29,556 bases of DNA, from IMG/VR virus record IMGVR_UViG_3300042297_000397, positions 1 to 29,556 of that record; one strand, given 5' to 3'. The stretch is from a virus (lineage: Duplodnaviria > Caudoviricetes). Positions within the stretch are counted from its first letter, which is position 1; each line of letters begins with the position of its first letter. The position numbers and the translations under genes are program-made. Below the pieces are notes generated by a model. The model did not search any database and was not told the origin of the DNA. It worked only from the letters and a program-made list of their open reading frames with translations. This document shows positions 1 through 9,395 of the stretch, piece by piece.

Positions 1-1
1 A

Positions 2-694
2 AGCACGTACTCAATTGACTACCGTGTCTTGCAAGGCGATACTTCCGAGCGTGCTGTTTGGGATAGTTTAGCAGAAGTGGTTAATGAGAAATGGATAAGA
101 CCTGATGGTATAGAATTACCTTTAATGATGCTGGCGGTAGATAGTGGTTACAACACGCAATTTGTTTATGACTTTTGTAGGCGTTTTGATGTTACTCGTG
201 TTATTCCAGTAAAGGGTCAAGACAGTCAAAGGACTATTGTATCTACTCCAAGAAGTATTGACGTATCGGCTGCTGGCAAAGCAATAGGTAAAATGAAGGT
301 TTGGAACGTAGGGGTTAGCGTGGTAAAATCTGAAATCTACTCTAATTTACGTTTGAATAAAAATGAGGACGGAACATACCCACCCAACTATTGCCACTTT
401 CCTGAATACGGAGTTGAATACTTCAAAGGAATAACATCGGAGCAACTTGTTTTTAGAATGAGCAAAGGTTTCCGAAAGTATGAATGGGAAAAAGTTTATA
501 CGCGAAATGAGCCGCTAGATTGTAGAGTTTACGCTCGTGCCGCTGCTACCGTAGTAGGCATAGACCGATTCAATGAGAATCATTGGGACGTGCTAATAGG
601 AAGGTACAATAAACGAAAGGAAGGTCACGCAAAACCAATATCGCAAAAAGTAAATAAACCAAAACAAAAATCCTCATTTTGGGGTGATAGATAA
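2..694 (+). CDS. terL: Terminase large subunit, lambda GpA family, C-terminal nuclease part (5' end outside window)
   Basis: Frame is open from base 2. Motifs AVDSGY, PVKG, YCHFP and RNEPLDCRVYA are typical of GpA C-termini. Followed by gpW and portal. Confidence 0.93.
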   Translation, partial: STYSIDYRVLQGDTSERAVWDSLAEVVNEKWIRPDGIELPLMMLAVDSGYNTQFVYDFCRRFDVTRVIPVKGQDSQRTIVSTPRSIDVSAAGKAIGKMKVWNVGVSVVKSEIYSNLRLNKNEDGTYPPNYCHFPEYGVEYFKGITSEQLVFRMSKGFRKYEWEKVYTRNEPLDCRVYARAAATVVGIDRFNENHWDVLIGRYNKRKEGHAKPISQKVNKPKQKSSFWGDR

Positions 695-696
695 CC

Positions 697-1011
697 ATGA
701 CACTACTATATTATTCAGAAGTTGGCGAAGATAGCGAGGAGTTTGACTTGCACCCACAATGTGTTGACCACCTAAAGGCATTTATGGACGCTTCCTTTAA
801 TGGCGTTTATTTAGCGGAGGTTTGCTTAGATATTGAAAGCCCAGCATACATTGTTTGTAGGGGCAAAGATTTACTGATTGACCTAATTGAAAGGTTCGGG
901 GCTTGGGATGATTTAGCTATCTATGAATGCACGTCATACCAAGATGCAACCCAACTAATGCAAGACCTTTCGGAGAACTCTAGTGTAGGTTGCGAATATG
1001 AGGGTGAATAA
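697..1011 (+). CDS. Hypothetical acidic protein
   Basis: 104-aa ORF, ATG 2 nt after the terL stop; no recognisable motif. Confidence 0.65.
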   Translation: MTLLYYSEVGEDSEEFDLHPQCVDHLKAFMDASFNGVYLAEVCLDIESPAYIVCRGKDLLIDLIERFGAWDDLAIYECTSYQDATQLMQDLSENSSVGCEYEGE

Positions 1012-1014
1012 TGT

Positions 1015-1022
1015 TAACTTTG
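1015..1022 (+). promoter_or_regulatory. Bacteroidota-type -7 promoter box (TAACTTTG)
   Basis: Matches TAnnTTTG; 4 nt upstream of the ATG at 1027. Confidence 0.7.
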
Positions 1023-1026
1023 CACA

Positions 1027-1230
1027 ATGGCATGGACATTAGAAGATTTAGCTACATTAGAAGCGGCCATCGCTTCGGGCGCACGTATCGTTAGATATGG
1101 TGATAAAGAAATCACGTATCAGACCTTAGACCAAATGCGAGCGTTAAGGCGTGAAATGCAAGCCGAACTAGGGGTATCAACTGGTTTTGGCAAAAAATAC
1201 TATTCCAATCACTCAAAGGGGCTAACATGA
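1027..1230 (+). CDS. gpW-like head-tail joining protein
   Basis: LEAAIASGARIVRYGDKEITYQTLDQM pattern, 67 aa, directly upstream of portal. Confidence 0.9.
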   Translation: MAWTLEDLATLEAAIASGARIVRYGDKEITYQTLDQMRALRREMQAELGVSTGFGKKYYSNHSKGLT

Positions 1231-2714
1231 ATCGGTTAGAACAACTTATTGCTTTTGTTTCGCCTACTATGGCTTTGGAGCGAGAAAGAGCGCGTCAAAT
1301 AACTAGCCACATTAGAAGTTTTGACGCTGCTAAAAAAGGAAGAAGAACGGCTAGTTGGCTTGCAAGTGGGACAAGCGCAAATGCCGAGATATATGCGGCA
1401 TCTTCTATATTGCGAAATAGGTCGCGTGAACTTACCCGTAACAATCCATTTGTAAAAAGAGCGGTTCAATCAATTTCAAATAACACTATTGGCGTTGGCA
1501 TTCGTGTTAAGGTGATTTCAAAGAACAAGCGCGAAAGAGAACGTCTGCAAAAAACTTGGACTGATTGGAGCGACAAGACTGAATGCGACTTTGAGGATAG
1601 ACTAAACTTTGGAGGTATTCAAAAGTTGGTGTTTAGGGCTGTAATTGAAAGTGGTGATTGCTTAATCCTAAAGCGCAGGAATAGGGACAAGAAAGTTCCA
1701 CTTGAACTGCAAGTCTTAGAGATTGATTACCTAGACATTTCCAAAAATAGCCTAACCGCAAATAGCGGAGGGGATTACAGTTTTATGGGAATTGAGTTTA
1801 ACGGAAAAGGTAAACGAATCGGGTATTGGCTATTTGATAGACACCCTAATGATGTTAATACAATTGGCAATACTATTAGCCGTTTAGTTCCTGCTAGTGA
1901 TGTTATCCATGTTTACGAGTTACTACGTGCTGGTCAACAATTAGGAGTTCCATTTGGGGTGTCCGCATTCCTTAGAGTGCGCGATATGGACGAGTATAAT
2001 GATGCGCAAGTTGTCCGTCAAAAAATAGCCGCTTGTTACACCGTAAACATAACAAGAGAAGGGGCTGGAACTGTTTTAGACGCAAGTTCAACTAGCGAAT
2101 TAGAGCGTGTAGAGCCAGGAATGATAAACGTGCTAAATCCTGGCGAAACTATCGCTTTTGGAACTCCTCCAAGTGTTGAAGGTTTCGGGGAATTTAGCAG
2201 AGCAATTATGCAAGGTGTAGCGGCTGGGTTCGGATTAACTTATGAAACGTTGACTGGAGATTTGTCCAATGTCAATTTCAGTTCGGGTCGCATGGGTTGG
2301 ATTGAGATGCACCGAAATATAGAGGATTGGCAATGGAATGTTATTATTCCTCAATTGTGCGACCCAGTATGGAAATGGTTTGTTGAAGCCGCTGAATTAG
2401 TTGGAGTAACTTCCGTTAGTGCGACCGCTGAATGGACGCCACCACGCAGACAAATGATTGACCCAGCTAAAGAGATTAAGGGTATAAACGCTCAAATACG
2501 CAACGGGTTAATCTCTTGGAATGACGCGGTTAGAGAACAAGGTTACGACCCCGAAGAAGTGCTTTTGGAAATAGCCGCAACTAACAAAGCGTTAGACGAA
2601 GCTAAGATTATACTTGATTGCGACCCAAGAAAGGGAAAGGGTGAAGCCCCTGATGGACGAGGAAGACCAGCTACCGATGCTGAAAATCTAAATGACAACG
2701 TAGACAAAAAATAA
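1227..2714 (+). CDS. Portal protein, lambda family
   Basis: LRNRSRELTRNN, GIEF, LTGDLSNVNFSSGRMG and MIDPAKE motifs; 495 aa. Confidence 0.95.
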   Translation: MNRLEQLIAFVSPTMALERERARQITSHIRSFDAAKKGRRTASWLASGTSANAEIYAASSILRNRSRELTRNNPFVKRAVQSISNNTIGVGIRVKVISKNKRERERLQKTWTDWSDKTECDFEDRLNFGGIQKLVFRAVIESGDCLILKRRNRDKKVPLELQVLEIDYLDISKNSLTANSGGDYSFMGIEFNGKGKRIGYWLFDRHPNDVNTIGNTISRLVPASDVIHVYELLRAGQQLGVPFGVSAFLRVRDMDEYNDAQVVRQKIAACYTVNITREGAGTVLDASSTSELERVEPGMINVLNPGETIAFGTPPSVEGFGEFSRAIMQGVAAGFGLTYETLTGDLSNVNFSSGRMGWIEMHRNIEDWQWNVIIPQLCDPVWKWFVEAAELVGVTSVSATAEWTPPRRQMIDPAKEIKGINAQIRNGLISWNDAVREQGYDPEEVLLEIAATNKALDEAKIILDCDPRKGKGEAPDGRGRPATDAENLNDNVDKK

Positions 2715-2718
2715 TTCA

Positions 2719-2726
2719 TAACTTTA
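2719..2726 (+). promoter_or_regulatory. -7 promoter box variant (TAACTTTA)
   Basis: 4 nt upstream of the ATG at 2731, same geometry as the box at 1015. Confidence 0.6.
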
Positions 2727-2730
2727 CGGC

Positions 2731-4617
2731 ATGAAACCTAACAAAATACAATCAATGAAAACGAGGGCGGCTTTTGCCCCTTCAACTCTCGTTGAGGAAG
2801 ATAGGACGGTAGAGGTTATTTTCGGAACTGACGCGGAGGTTCGTATGTCTGATTGGGAAATCGGGCAGTACATGGAATCAATGTCTTTTGAGGAAGGTCA
2901 TGTTAGATGGGAACGGCTTAATAGCGGTGCGCCATTACTTGACAACCATAATGGCTATAAAGGAACACGCGGAGTTTTGGGTGTTATCGAAAGAGCATGG
3001 GGTGAAGGCGGTGTTGGTAAAGCAATCATTCGCTTTTCAAAACAAGAAGATGGAGAGCGAGCATTCCAAGAGGTTAAAGACGGCATTTTAACTGGCGTTT
3101 CTTTCGGGTATCGCGTTTACAAATATGAGCGCATTTCATCTTTAGAAGGTGAGTTACCTAAGCTACGCGCTATTGACTGGGAAGGTTTTGAGATTAGTCT
3201 TGCACCTATTCAAGCCGATATAAACGCAACTGTAAGAAATTTAGACAACGATAGTAACAATGTAGAGATAATTGATTTATCTTTGCAACCTGAACAAGAA
3301 CCAATAACAACAATAAGAACAATGGAAACTCCAATAATTGAGCCGATTGTTGCCCCTGCGGTTGACACGGTGGCTATTGCAACGGCTGAAAGGTCGAGAA
3401 TCAAAGAGATAACAGACCTATGCCGCAAGTTTAAGGCGGACGATTCTGTTGTATCTGATTTGATTGACAACGGTAAAACAGTAGAACAAGCCCGTAAGGT
3501 GATTATGGACGCTTGGACTGCAAAAGATGCCAACGAAGGACAACGGTCTACTCCTGTTGTTACCGCTGATGAAACTGATAAGTTTCGTGCAGCCGTTACA
3601 GAGGGTATTCAAATGCGTTCAAATCCAAACATCGAAGCTAAACAAGGCGGTGATTCATTCCGTGGAATGAGTTTGCTACGTCTTTCGGAAGAAGTTTTGC
3701 AACGCAATGGTGTAGCTACTAAAGGTCTATATGGCCGCGAACTAGCTTCACGCGCACTTGCTACTTCTGACTTTCCAATCATTCTTGGAGCAACAGTTAA
3801 CAAATCGTTGCAAGCGGAGTATCAAGGAGTTGAAAGAACTTTCCAACCTTTTTGCCGCAAGACCAGCATTAGCGACTTGAAAACCAAAACAGTTGGTAAA
3901 CTTTCAGGATTGCTTGGCAACCTAGAGGTTATCCCCGAAGGTGGTGAGTACACAGCAGATGCAATGTCGGAAGACAAAGAAGCATACGGACTTACTAAAT
4001 ACGGTAAGAAAATCGCTATCACATTGGAAACTATTATCAATGATGATATGGATGCGTTTAGCCGTATTCCACGTGCAATTGCTTACGAAGTTGGGTATAA
4101 GCAATCGGATATTATCTATAATATCCTTACTAGCAACCCGAACATGAATGATGCAGTTGCTTTGTTCCATTCTACTCACGGAAACTTGGGTACTGCTGGA
4201 GCAATCAGTTCAACTACTTTGGCAGAAGCTAAAAAGAAGATGCGTCAGCAAACTGGTCTTAACGGTAAGTTTATCAATGTTATGCCATCCTTCCTTGTTG
4301 TAGGCCCTGATAACGAGCAAGAAGCACTACAATGGATGAATGCTTCATTTAGCCCTTCTACTGTTGGAAACACCAACATCTATCAAGGTTCTATGAGTGT
4401 TATCGTTGACCCACGCATCACTACTAAGAACTGGTTTATGGTTGCCGCTCCTAATAGTATTGATACTATCGAGTATGCCTTCCTAGACGGTCAAGGTGAT
4501 TTCTACACAGAAACTAAACAAGGATTTGATGTAGATGGACTAGAAGTTAAAGTTCGTATGTTCTTTGCTGCAAAAGCAATTGACCATCGCGGAATGTACA
4601 AAAACCCTTACGTTTAA
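2731..4617 (+). CDS. Prohead protease / scaffold / major capsid protein fusion
   Basis: N-terminal HK97-like protease motifs (PLLDNH, GVSFGY, EISLAPIQAD), scaffold-like AERSRIKEI segment, capsid motifs TSDFPIIL, IINDD, ALFHSTHGNL and AIDHRG. Confidence 0.92.
   Translation: MKPNKIQSMKTRAAFAPSTLVEEDRTVEVIFGTDAEVRMSDWEIGQYMESMSFEEGHVRWERLNSGAPLLDNHNGYKGTRGVLGVIERAWGEGGVGKAIIRFSKQEDGERAFQEVKDGILTGVSFGYRVYKYERISSLEGELPKLRAIDWEGFEISLAPIQADINATVRNLDNDSNNVEIIDLSLQPEQEPITTIRTMETPIIEPIVAPAVDTVAIATAERSRIKEITDLCRKFKADDSVVSDLIDNGKTVEQARKVIMDAWTAKDANEGQRSTPVVTADETDKFRAAVTEGIQMRSNPNIEAKQGGDSFRGMSLLRLSEEVLQRNGVATKGLYGRELASRALATSDFPIILGATVNKSLQAEYQGVERTFQPFCRKTSISDLKTKTVGKLSGLLGNLEVIPEGGEYTADAMSEDKEAYGLTKYGKKIAITLETIINDDMDAFSRIPRAIAYEVGYKQSDIIYNILTSNPNMNDAVALFHSTHGNLGTAGAISSTTLAEAKKKMRQQTGLNGKFINVMPSFLVVGPDNEQEALQWMNASFSPSTVGNTNIYQGSMSVIVDPRITTKNWFMVAAPNSIDTIEYAFLDGQGDFYTETKQGFDVDGLEVKVRMFFAAKAIDHRGMYKNPYV
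3278..3285 (+). promoter_or_regulatory. Internal -7 promoter box (TATCTTTG) upstream of in-frame ATG 3322
   Basis: Perfect TAnnTTTG in the protease-scaffold linker, followed by an A-rich leader and Met198. Confidence 0.6.
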
Positions 4618-4635
4618 TCTGTAACAACTAAGAAA

Positions 4636-4977
4636 ATGACTAATTACGTAGCAGAAGGAGAAGTATTCAACTACACCGTTCCAAGTGGCGGTGTTACATC
4701 GGGCGACCTAGTTTTACTAGGTGCGCTTGTAGGTGTAGCCGTTAACACGGGTGTTGAGGATGATTTAATTGCCGTTAACGTTTGCGGAGTGTATGAAGTA
4801 GCTAAGGCTGCTGGTGCAATTTCGCAAGGTGCAGCAGTTTACTTTGACGAGGACAACGCGGAAGTGACAACTGCAACATCAGGTGGCTCACCTTGGGGTT
4901 CACTTGTGTTAGCTGGACACGCTTACGAAGCTGCCTTGTCGGGTGACGCAACAGTTAAGGTTAAGTTGGTAGGTTAA
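4636..4977 (+). CDS. DUF2190-family capsid cement/decoration protein
   Basis: NYVAEG..VTSGDLV..LVGVA..GVYEVAK..VYFD..VKVKL pattern; directly after capsid. Confidence 0.88.
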   Translation: MTNYVAEGEVFNYTVPSGGVTSGDLVLLGALVGVAVNTGVEDDLIAVNVCGVYEVAKAAGAISQGAAVYFDEDNAEVTTATSGGSPWGSLVLAGHAYEAALSGDATVKVKLVG

Positions 4978-4981
4978 TTCC

Positions 4982-5332
4982 ATGCCTAATCCGTTCGACA
5001 CTTTATCGGACAGGGTTTTTGCAGCCTGTGAAAAGGCAATGGGTTACGATGCTACATGGACGCCTGATGACGACATAGTAGAACAAACTGCAAGGGTATT
5101 ATTTGGGCAACCAACTAAACCCGAAACTTTAGGAGAGTATGGGGATGAATATCATCCTCATACTTTTTTTATGGAGTATTGGGACGGAAAGTTTGACGGT
5201 TTATTTGAATCTGTGCGCGATGGTGGAGTGGAACACGTGTCTGTTAATGGCACATCTTACTTTGTCCGCGATGTTGTAAGAAAATACGATGGAAGGAATT
5301 TTAAGGCTCGATTAGAAGCCGTAACTTCGTGA
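4982..5332 (+). CDS. Head-tail joining protein (lambda FII-like)
   Basis: Size, position and the VSVNGTSYFVRDVVRKYDG motif. Confidence 0.7.
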   Translation: MPNPFDTLSDRVFAACEKAMGYDATWTPDDDIVEQTARVLFGQPTKPETLGEYGDEYHPHTFFMEYWDGKFDGLFESVRDGGVEHVSVNGTSYFVRDVVRKYDGRNFKARLEAVTS

Positions 5333-5333
5333 C

Positions 5334-7943
5334 ATGAATTACACGTCAATTGAGAATGATATAGTAGCAAGGCTTGCTCCGTTGGTATCGGCTGGGTATG
5401 AGGTTGAAGCTATGCCCGATAATGACGGTTCAAATATCCCTGCCGCAAGAAAGGGTAGAATAACGGTACAAGTTGGAATGGTTAAATTTCTTGAACACAA
5501 AAGCATTAGTAGTGCTGTTGTTCAAGACGAAGAAATATATGTTGAAATCATTGTGCGTTCTCGAAAACTTCGGGCAACTGGCGGAGTTTATGATTTAACG
5601 GAATTATGTAGGGCGTTGTTAATAGGGTACACGCCAACAAACTGCAAGGTAATGCTTCGCGGTGTTGATTGGGGTGGTATCACGCCTTCTGAACGTTTTG
5701 ATGGCATTTGGACTTACTCATTAAGGTTAGCTACTCAAAGTGTTTCGGTTGGGTCTGCTGATGAGGACATTAGTGTTCTTATTAGTCAAATTACGCTATT
5801 AGATGGGTTTTCTATTGATGCTCCAACCCCAACTATCGAGATATACGCTTCTGCTTATAATGTCGAAAATTCAGGCGACCAAGTAATTATAGCGTGGGTA
5901 TCTACTAACGCAGACGAGGTAACTATATCGGGTCTAGGCGTAGTAGCTGCAAATGGAACGGCTACTATAACAATGTCCGTTAATACCACCTTTACGGCAA
6001 CCGCAAGTAACGCATACGGAGATGATTCAGCTTTAATAAACGTTACTGTTGGAGCAACTTGTGAAGATGCTATCATCGAACTAAACGGTGTTCAAGTTGC
6101 AACCGTAGCAAGCGGAGCAACAGAGGACTTTACCATCTTAAACGGTGGAGGAAATGCTATTGGAACATGGGATGGTACATCTTTGGTTGTTGCAAATAAC
6201 TACACAGAGATTAACGGGGTTCAAGTAACCGACCAAGAAGCGGAGGTAAATGCAAGTATCGCGGTTGAATTAGACGGTAGCCCATCGGGAACGTGGAACG
6301 CTGGCACTCAAACATGGGAAGTTACAAGCGAACCTTGTTTAGATGCGACCGTTGAAAATTCAGACGCTACATTTACCCAAGATATTATTTCGGGTGATAC
6401 ATACGTATTAGATAATTACGAGTTTGAGTTTCAAGACCCTGATGGCGTTGTTATTTCTACTGAAATAGTCCCAGCTATGTCTGCATCAACATTTAATTTT
6501 CCAACAGGATTTGGTGCTGATGCTATTTTACAACGCAATGCTATTCAAATAAAATCAATACCATCTGCCGCAACATTTAACCTAAAGACAAAACTAGATG
6601 GAGTTGCGAATAACGGTACTTGGGACGGAGTAGACACTTTAGACTTTACAAGTTCCTGTTCACCCGTAGCCCTACAAATTAACGGAACACCACAGGAATC
6701 AATCGCAGCTGGCGCAACCTTCAATCTTATCGCCACATTGGATGGCGTGGCTGGAGGTACATACACGCCAGCAACCGACACGCTTGCGTTCACCTCAAAT
6801 AGTGGATGGATTAGACCCTTTTTTTGGCCAGCATTGCCAACTTTGACGGCTGCGAGTGAAGCGGGGTATATTCTTTTGCCCGTTTATGAGAATCGTTTAA
6901 ATAGGTTTTCGCTTCAAATCAATAACAGCACAGTAGACTGGGGCGATGGCACTACAAGCGCACCAAGTGGCTCGGTTAGGACAAAGACATACGACTACGC
7001 AACTATTTCGGCTACTGTTTATGTGGATGCTTTGACAGGCGAAAATTACAAATTCGTAATTATTGGGATTACCCGAACAGGCTCACCAATAACATTTGTT
7101 TATTTAGCCATAGCAGCGGCTACAAGCCCGACAAGAAACTACAACTATGGTGTAGATTGGAATTTTAGTTTTCCAAATTGTACGGATTTCTTTCTAAGTT
7201 CATCGCCTAACAATGGAAGCATGGTGTCGGTTAAGCAATTCAAGCTATGGTCAAGTGGAGCGGCTATAATGGTTGCGCAATACATGAGGGGAATTGAATC
7301 ATTACAACTGCCATCATTTCCTTCAATGTCTTTAGCCTTCGCATTTAGGTTTCTTGGTGGTGTTCGCATTGGAAATGTGAACTTTGGATTGGCTACAAGT
7401 TTACAACAATCATTTGTTCAATCTAACATAATTTCATTCGGAAATATTACAGCTAATTCGGTTTCATCTGCAAGTGAAATGCTTTCGGACAATTACCAAC
7501 TTGAAAGCATTGGAACGATTACCATGACATCGGTAACAAATTTGTCATACTTTTTTAGTGGTTGTGTTATTATCAAATCAATAGGTTTAATTACTGCTAA
7601 TTCTTGCACTAATTTAGAAGCTTTTGCAATTAACTGTAACGCTTTAATTGCAATAAGATTTGCAAACTGCGCAAATGTGACCAATACATCGCAGATGATT
7701 CAAAGCTGCTTTTCTCTGCAAGTATTAGATATGCCAAACCTTACAAGGGGCGTTAACTTTACTAATAGTTCAATGGGTAATTATGGAATGAACATATTCG
7801 CTAACGGCATAGGCACAGCAAGCGGTGCGCAAACTATTACCATAACAGGCACACCATTTGGGGCATTAGTTACCGCATTAGACCCAACTGCCTTAGCGAT
7901 TAGATTGGTAATGACAACCAAAGGTTACACAATAGCAAACTAA
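5334..7943 (+). CDS. Gp37-like tail terminator/neck domain fused to beta-rich repeats and a C-terminal LRR/beta-helix-like adhesin domain
   Basis: First ~140 aa resemble Mu Gp37 (IENDIVARL, LCRALLIGYTP, GIWTY). Then an Ig-like segment, ~45-aa repeats ending GTW/GTY, VDWGDG, and ~22-23-aa repeats such as SVTNLSYFFSGC. Confidence 0.7.
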   Translation: MNYTSIENDIVARLAPLVSAGYEVEAMPDNDGSNIPAARKGRITVQVGMVKFLEHKSISSAVVQDEEIYVEIIVRSRKLRATGGVYDLTELCRALLIGYTPTNCKVMLRGVDWGGITPSERFDGIWTYSLRLATQSVSVGSADEDISVLISQITLLDGFSIDAPTPTIEIYASAYNVENSGDQVIIAWVSTNADEVTISGLGVVAANGTATITMSVNTTFTATASNAYGDDSALINVTVGATCEDAIIELNGVQVATVASGATEDFTILNGGGNAIGTWDGTSLVVANNYTEINGVQVTDQEAEVNASIAVELDGSPSGTWNAGTQTWEVTSEPCLDATVENSDATFTQDIISGDTYVLDNYEFEFQDPDGVVISTEIVPAMSASTFNFPTGFGADAILQRNAIQIKSIPSAATFNLKTKLDGVANNGTWDGVDTLDFTSSCSPVALQINGTPQESIAAGATFNLIATLDGVAGGTYTPATDTLAFTSNSGWIRPFFWPALPTLTAASEAGYILLPVYENRLNRFSLQINNSTVDWGDGTTSAPSGSVRTKTYDYATISATVYVDALTGENYKFVIIGITRTGSPITFVYLAIAAATSPTRNYNYGVDWNFSFPNCTDFFLSSSPNNGSMVSVKQFKLWSSGAAIMVAQYMRGIESLQLPSFPSMSLAFAFRFLGGVRIGNVNFGLATSLQQSFVQSNIISFGNITANSVSSASEMLSDNYQLESIGTITMTSVTNLSYFFSGCVIIKSIGLITANSCTNLEAFAINCNALIAIRFANCANVTNTSQMIQSCFSLQVLDMPNLTRGVNFTNSSMGNYGMNIFANGIGTASGAQTITITGTPFGALVTALDPTALAIRLVMTTKGYTIAN

Positions 7944-7944
7944 G

Positions 7945-8109
7945 ATGTGGTATAACGAAGAACAACAGGCGAGGGGTTACACGATTACGTTTCCTGACGG
8001 CACAGAAATAACAGCAGCAGATGCTGGGCAGTCACCTATTAACGGGTGGGAATTTAACAGCGACCCTCCAGCTTGGTGGGATGCCTTATATCCTATTGAA
8101 AATAAATAA
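7945..8109 (+). CDS. Small acidic protein, possible fibre chaperone (54 aa, not in ORF track)
   Basis: ATG 1 nt after the upstream stop and stop 2 nt before the next ATG; MWYNEEQQARGYTITFPDG...PINGWEF. Confidence 0.75.
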   Translation: MWYNEEQQARGYTITFPDGTEITAADAGQSPINGWEFNSDPPAWWDALYPIENK

Positions 8110-8111
8110 AA

Positions 8112-9395
8112 ATGGCGAATGTTAAAGTAATAGTAAAAGCGAATGGTTGTTTGGATTCTGTGCTTCAACGTAATGGAACACAGATTAAAACTATACCATC
8201 TGCCGCCACGTTCGATTTAATAACTAAACTAGATGGTGTTGTTGAAGATGGCACATGGGATGGGGTCGACACTTTAGACTTCACCTCCGCAGCCTGTTCA
8301 CCAGTTACCTTCCAAATAAACGCAGTTAACAAGGAATCCTTGTCAAGTGGCACGACTTTTAACCTTATCACTAAGTTAGACGGGGCGGTTAATTCGGGTA
8401 GTTACGATGCGCCTACGGACACGCTTAGTTTCACAAGTGCACCTTGCCCATCGGTATCGCTTGCAGTAAGCGATGCCACGCCTGACTTTGGGGAAACGAT
8501 TACGCTTACGGCAACGCCTATAGGGTTTGTTCCCGTAAGGTATTTCTGCGAAATCAGGAACGGCACAACCTTGATTTATGTAGGTGACAATGCAACAGGG
8601 ATATTCAACTACACGGTGGACACTGTTGGAAGTTTGCAGGTGTACGTATATGCGGATGACGGGTCAACGGTGAGCGCATTCAACATAGGCGGAACGGCTA
8701 CGGTCGTGGCATTTTCCCCGCTATCATTGGCATCACCCGTAGCGGGTTATGACGCTTCTGACGCATCTTCGGTAACAGTAGCCACGGGGGTTTCGGCTAT
8801 TACAAATCAGGTAGGCGGAGGACTTCCTTTAGTTCAGTTAAGCGGAACATTTCAACCTGCCTATCTTATCGCTTACAAAAATGGGTTGAACGCTATAAAG
8901 TTTGATGGCACAAATGATTTCCTTGCCAGTTCTGCCGCATTGTTAAGCGGTAATGACTGGTACATATCCATAGCGTGCAGACCTGAATCAACAGCTACTG
9001 TTCAGTCCATATTCAGTCAATTCACATCAGGACAGGATGGCAGAACAACCATGAACGCTAATCAAAACGCGGGAGGTGGTGCATCGGCTGGGAGGATGCT
9101 TCCATTTACTTCACCATCAACTGGACTGCTTGATTTCGCATTTACCACGGCAAGCCATGTAATCGAATTTGAATCAGCTCTTGGAGTGCTTCAGGTGAGG
9201 TTTAACGGAACGGTGGTGGCAACAGGTACAACAGCGGTGGTAATTCGCAACGAGGTTTTTAGATTGGGGTCACTTGACGGATCACAAGCATTCTTCAGCG
9301 GCCACTTCTATGAAATATGGCTATTCAATGCGTCACAGACAACGGCCAACAAGAATGCACTATTACTTTACTACCAGAACAAATGGAATATCTGA
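8112..9395 (+). CDS. Second fibre/adhesin with C-terminal LamG/ConA-like domain
   Basis: N-terminal repeats shared with the 869-aa protein; YDASD, NGLNAIKFDGTNDFL, G..YEIWLFN and YYQNKWNI are typical of phage lectin-like domains. Confidence 0.75.
   Translation: MANVKVIVKANGCLDSVLQRNGTQIKTIPSAATFDLITKLDGVVEDGTWDGVDTLDFTSAACSPVTFQINAVNKESLSSGTTFNLITKLDGAVNSGSYDAPTDTLSFTSAPCPSVSLAVSDATPDFGETITLTATPIGFVPVRYFCEIRNGTTLIYVGDNATGIFNYTVDTVGSLQVYVYADDGSTVSAFNIGGTATVVAFSPLSLASPVAGYDASDASSVTVATGVSAITNQVGGGLPLVQLSGTFQPAYLIAYKNGLNAIKFDGTNDFLASSAALLSGNDWYISIACRPESTATVQSIFSQFTSGQDGRTTMNANQNAGGGASAGRMLPFTSPSTGLLDFAFTTASHVIEFESALGVLQVRFNGTVVATGTTAVVIRNEVFRLGSLDGSQAFFSGHFYEIWLFNASQTTANKNALLLYYQNKWNI

Noticed and set aside
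6528-8437. Diversity-generating retroelement TR/VR pair
   Set aside because: Differences are largely synonymous and not adenine-specific, both copies are coding, and there is no reverse transcriptase in the window.
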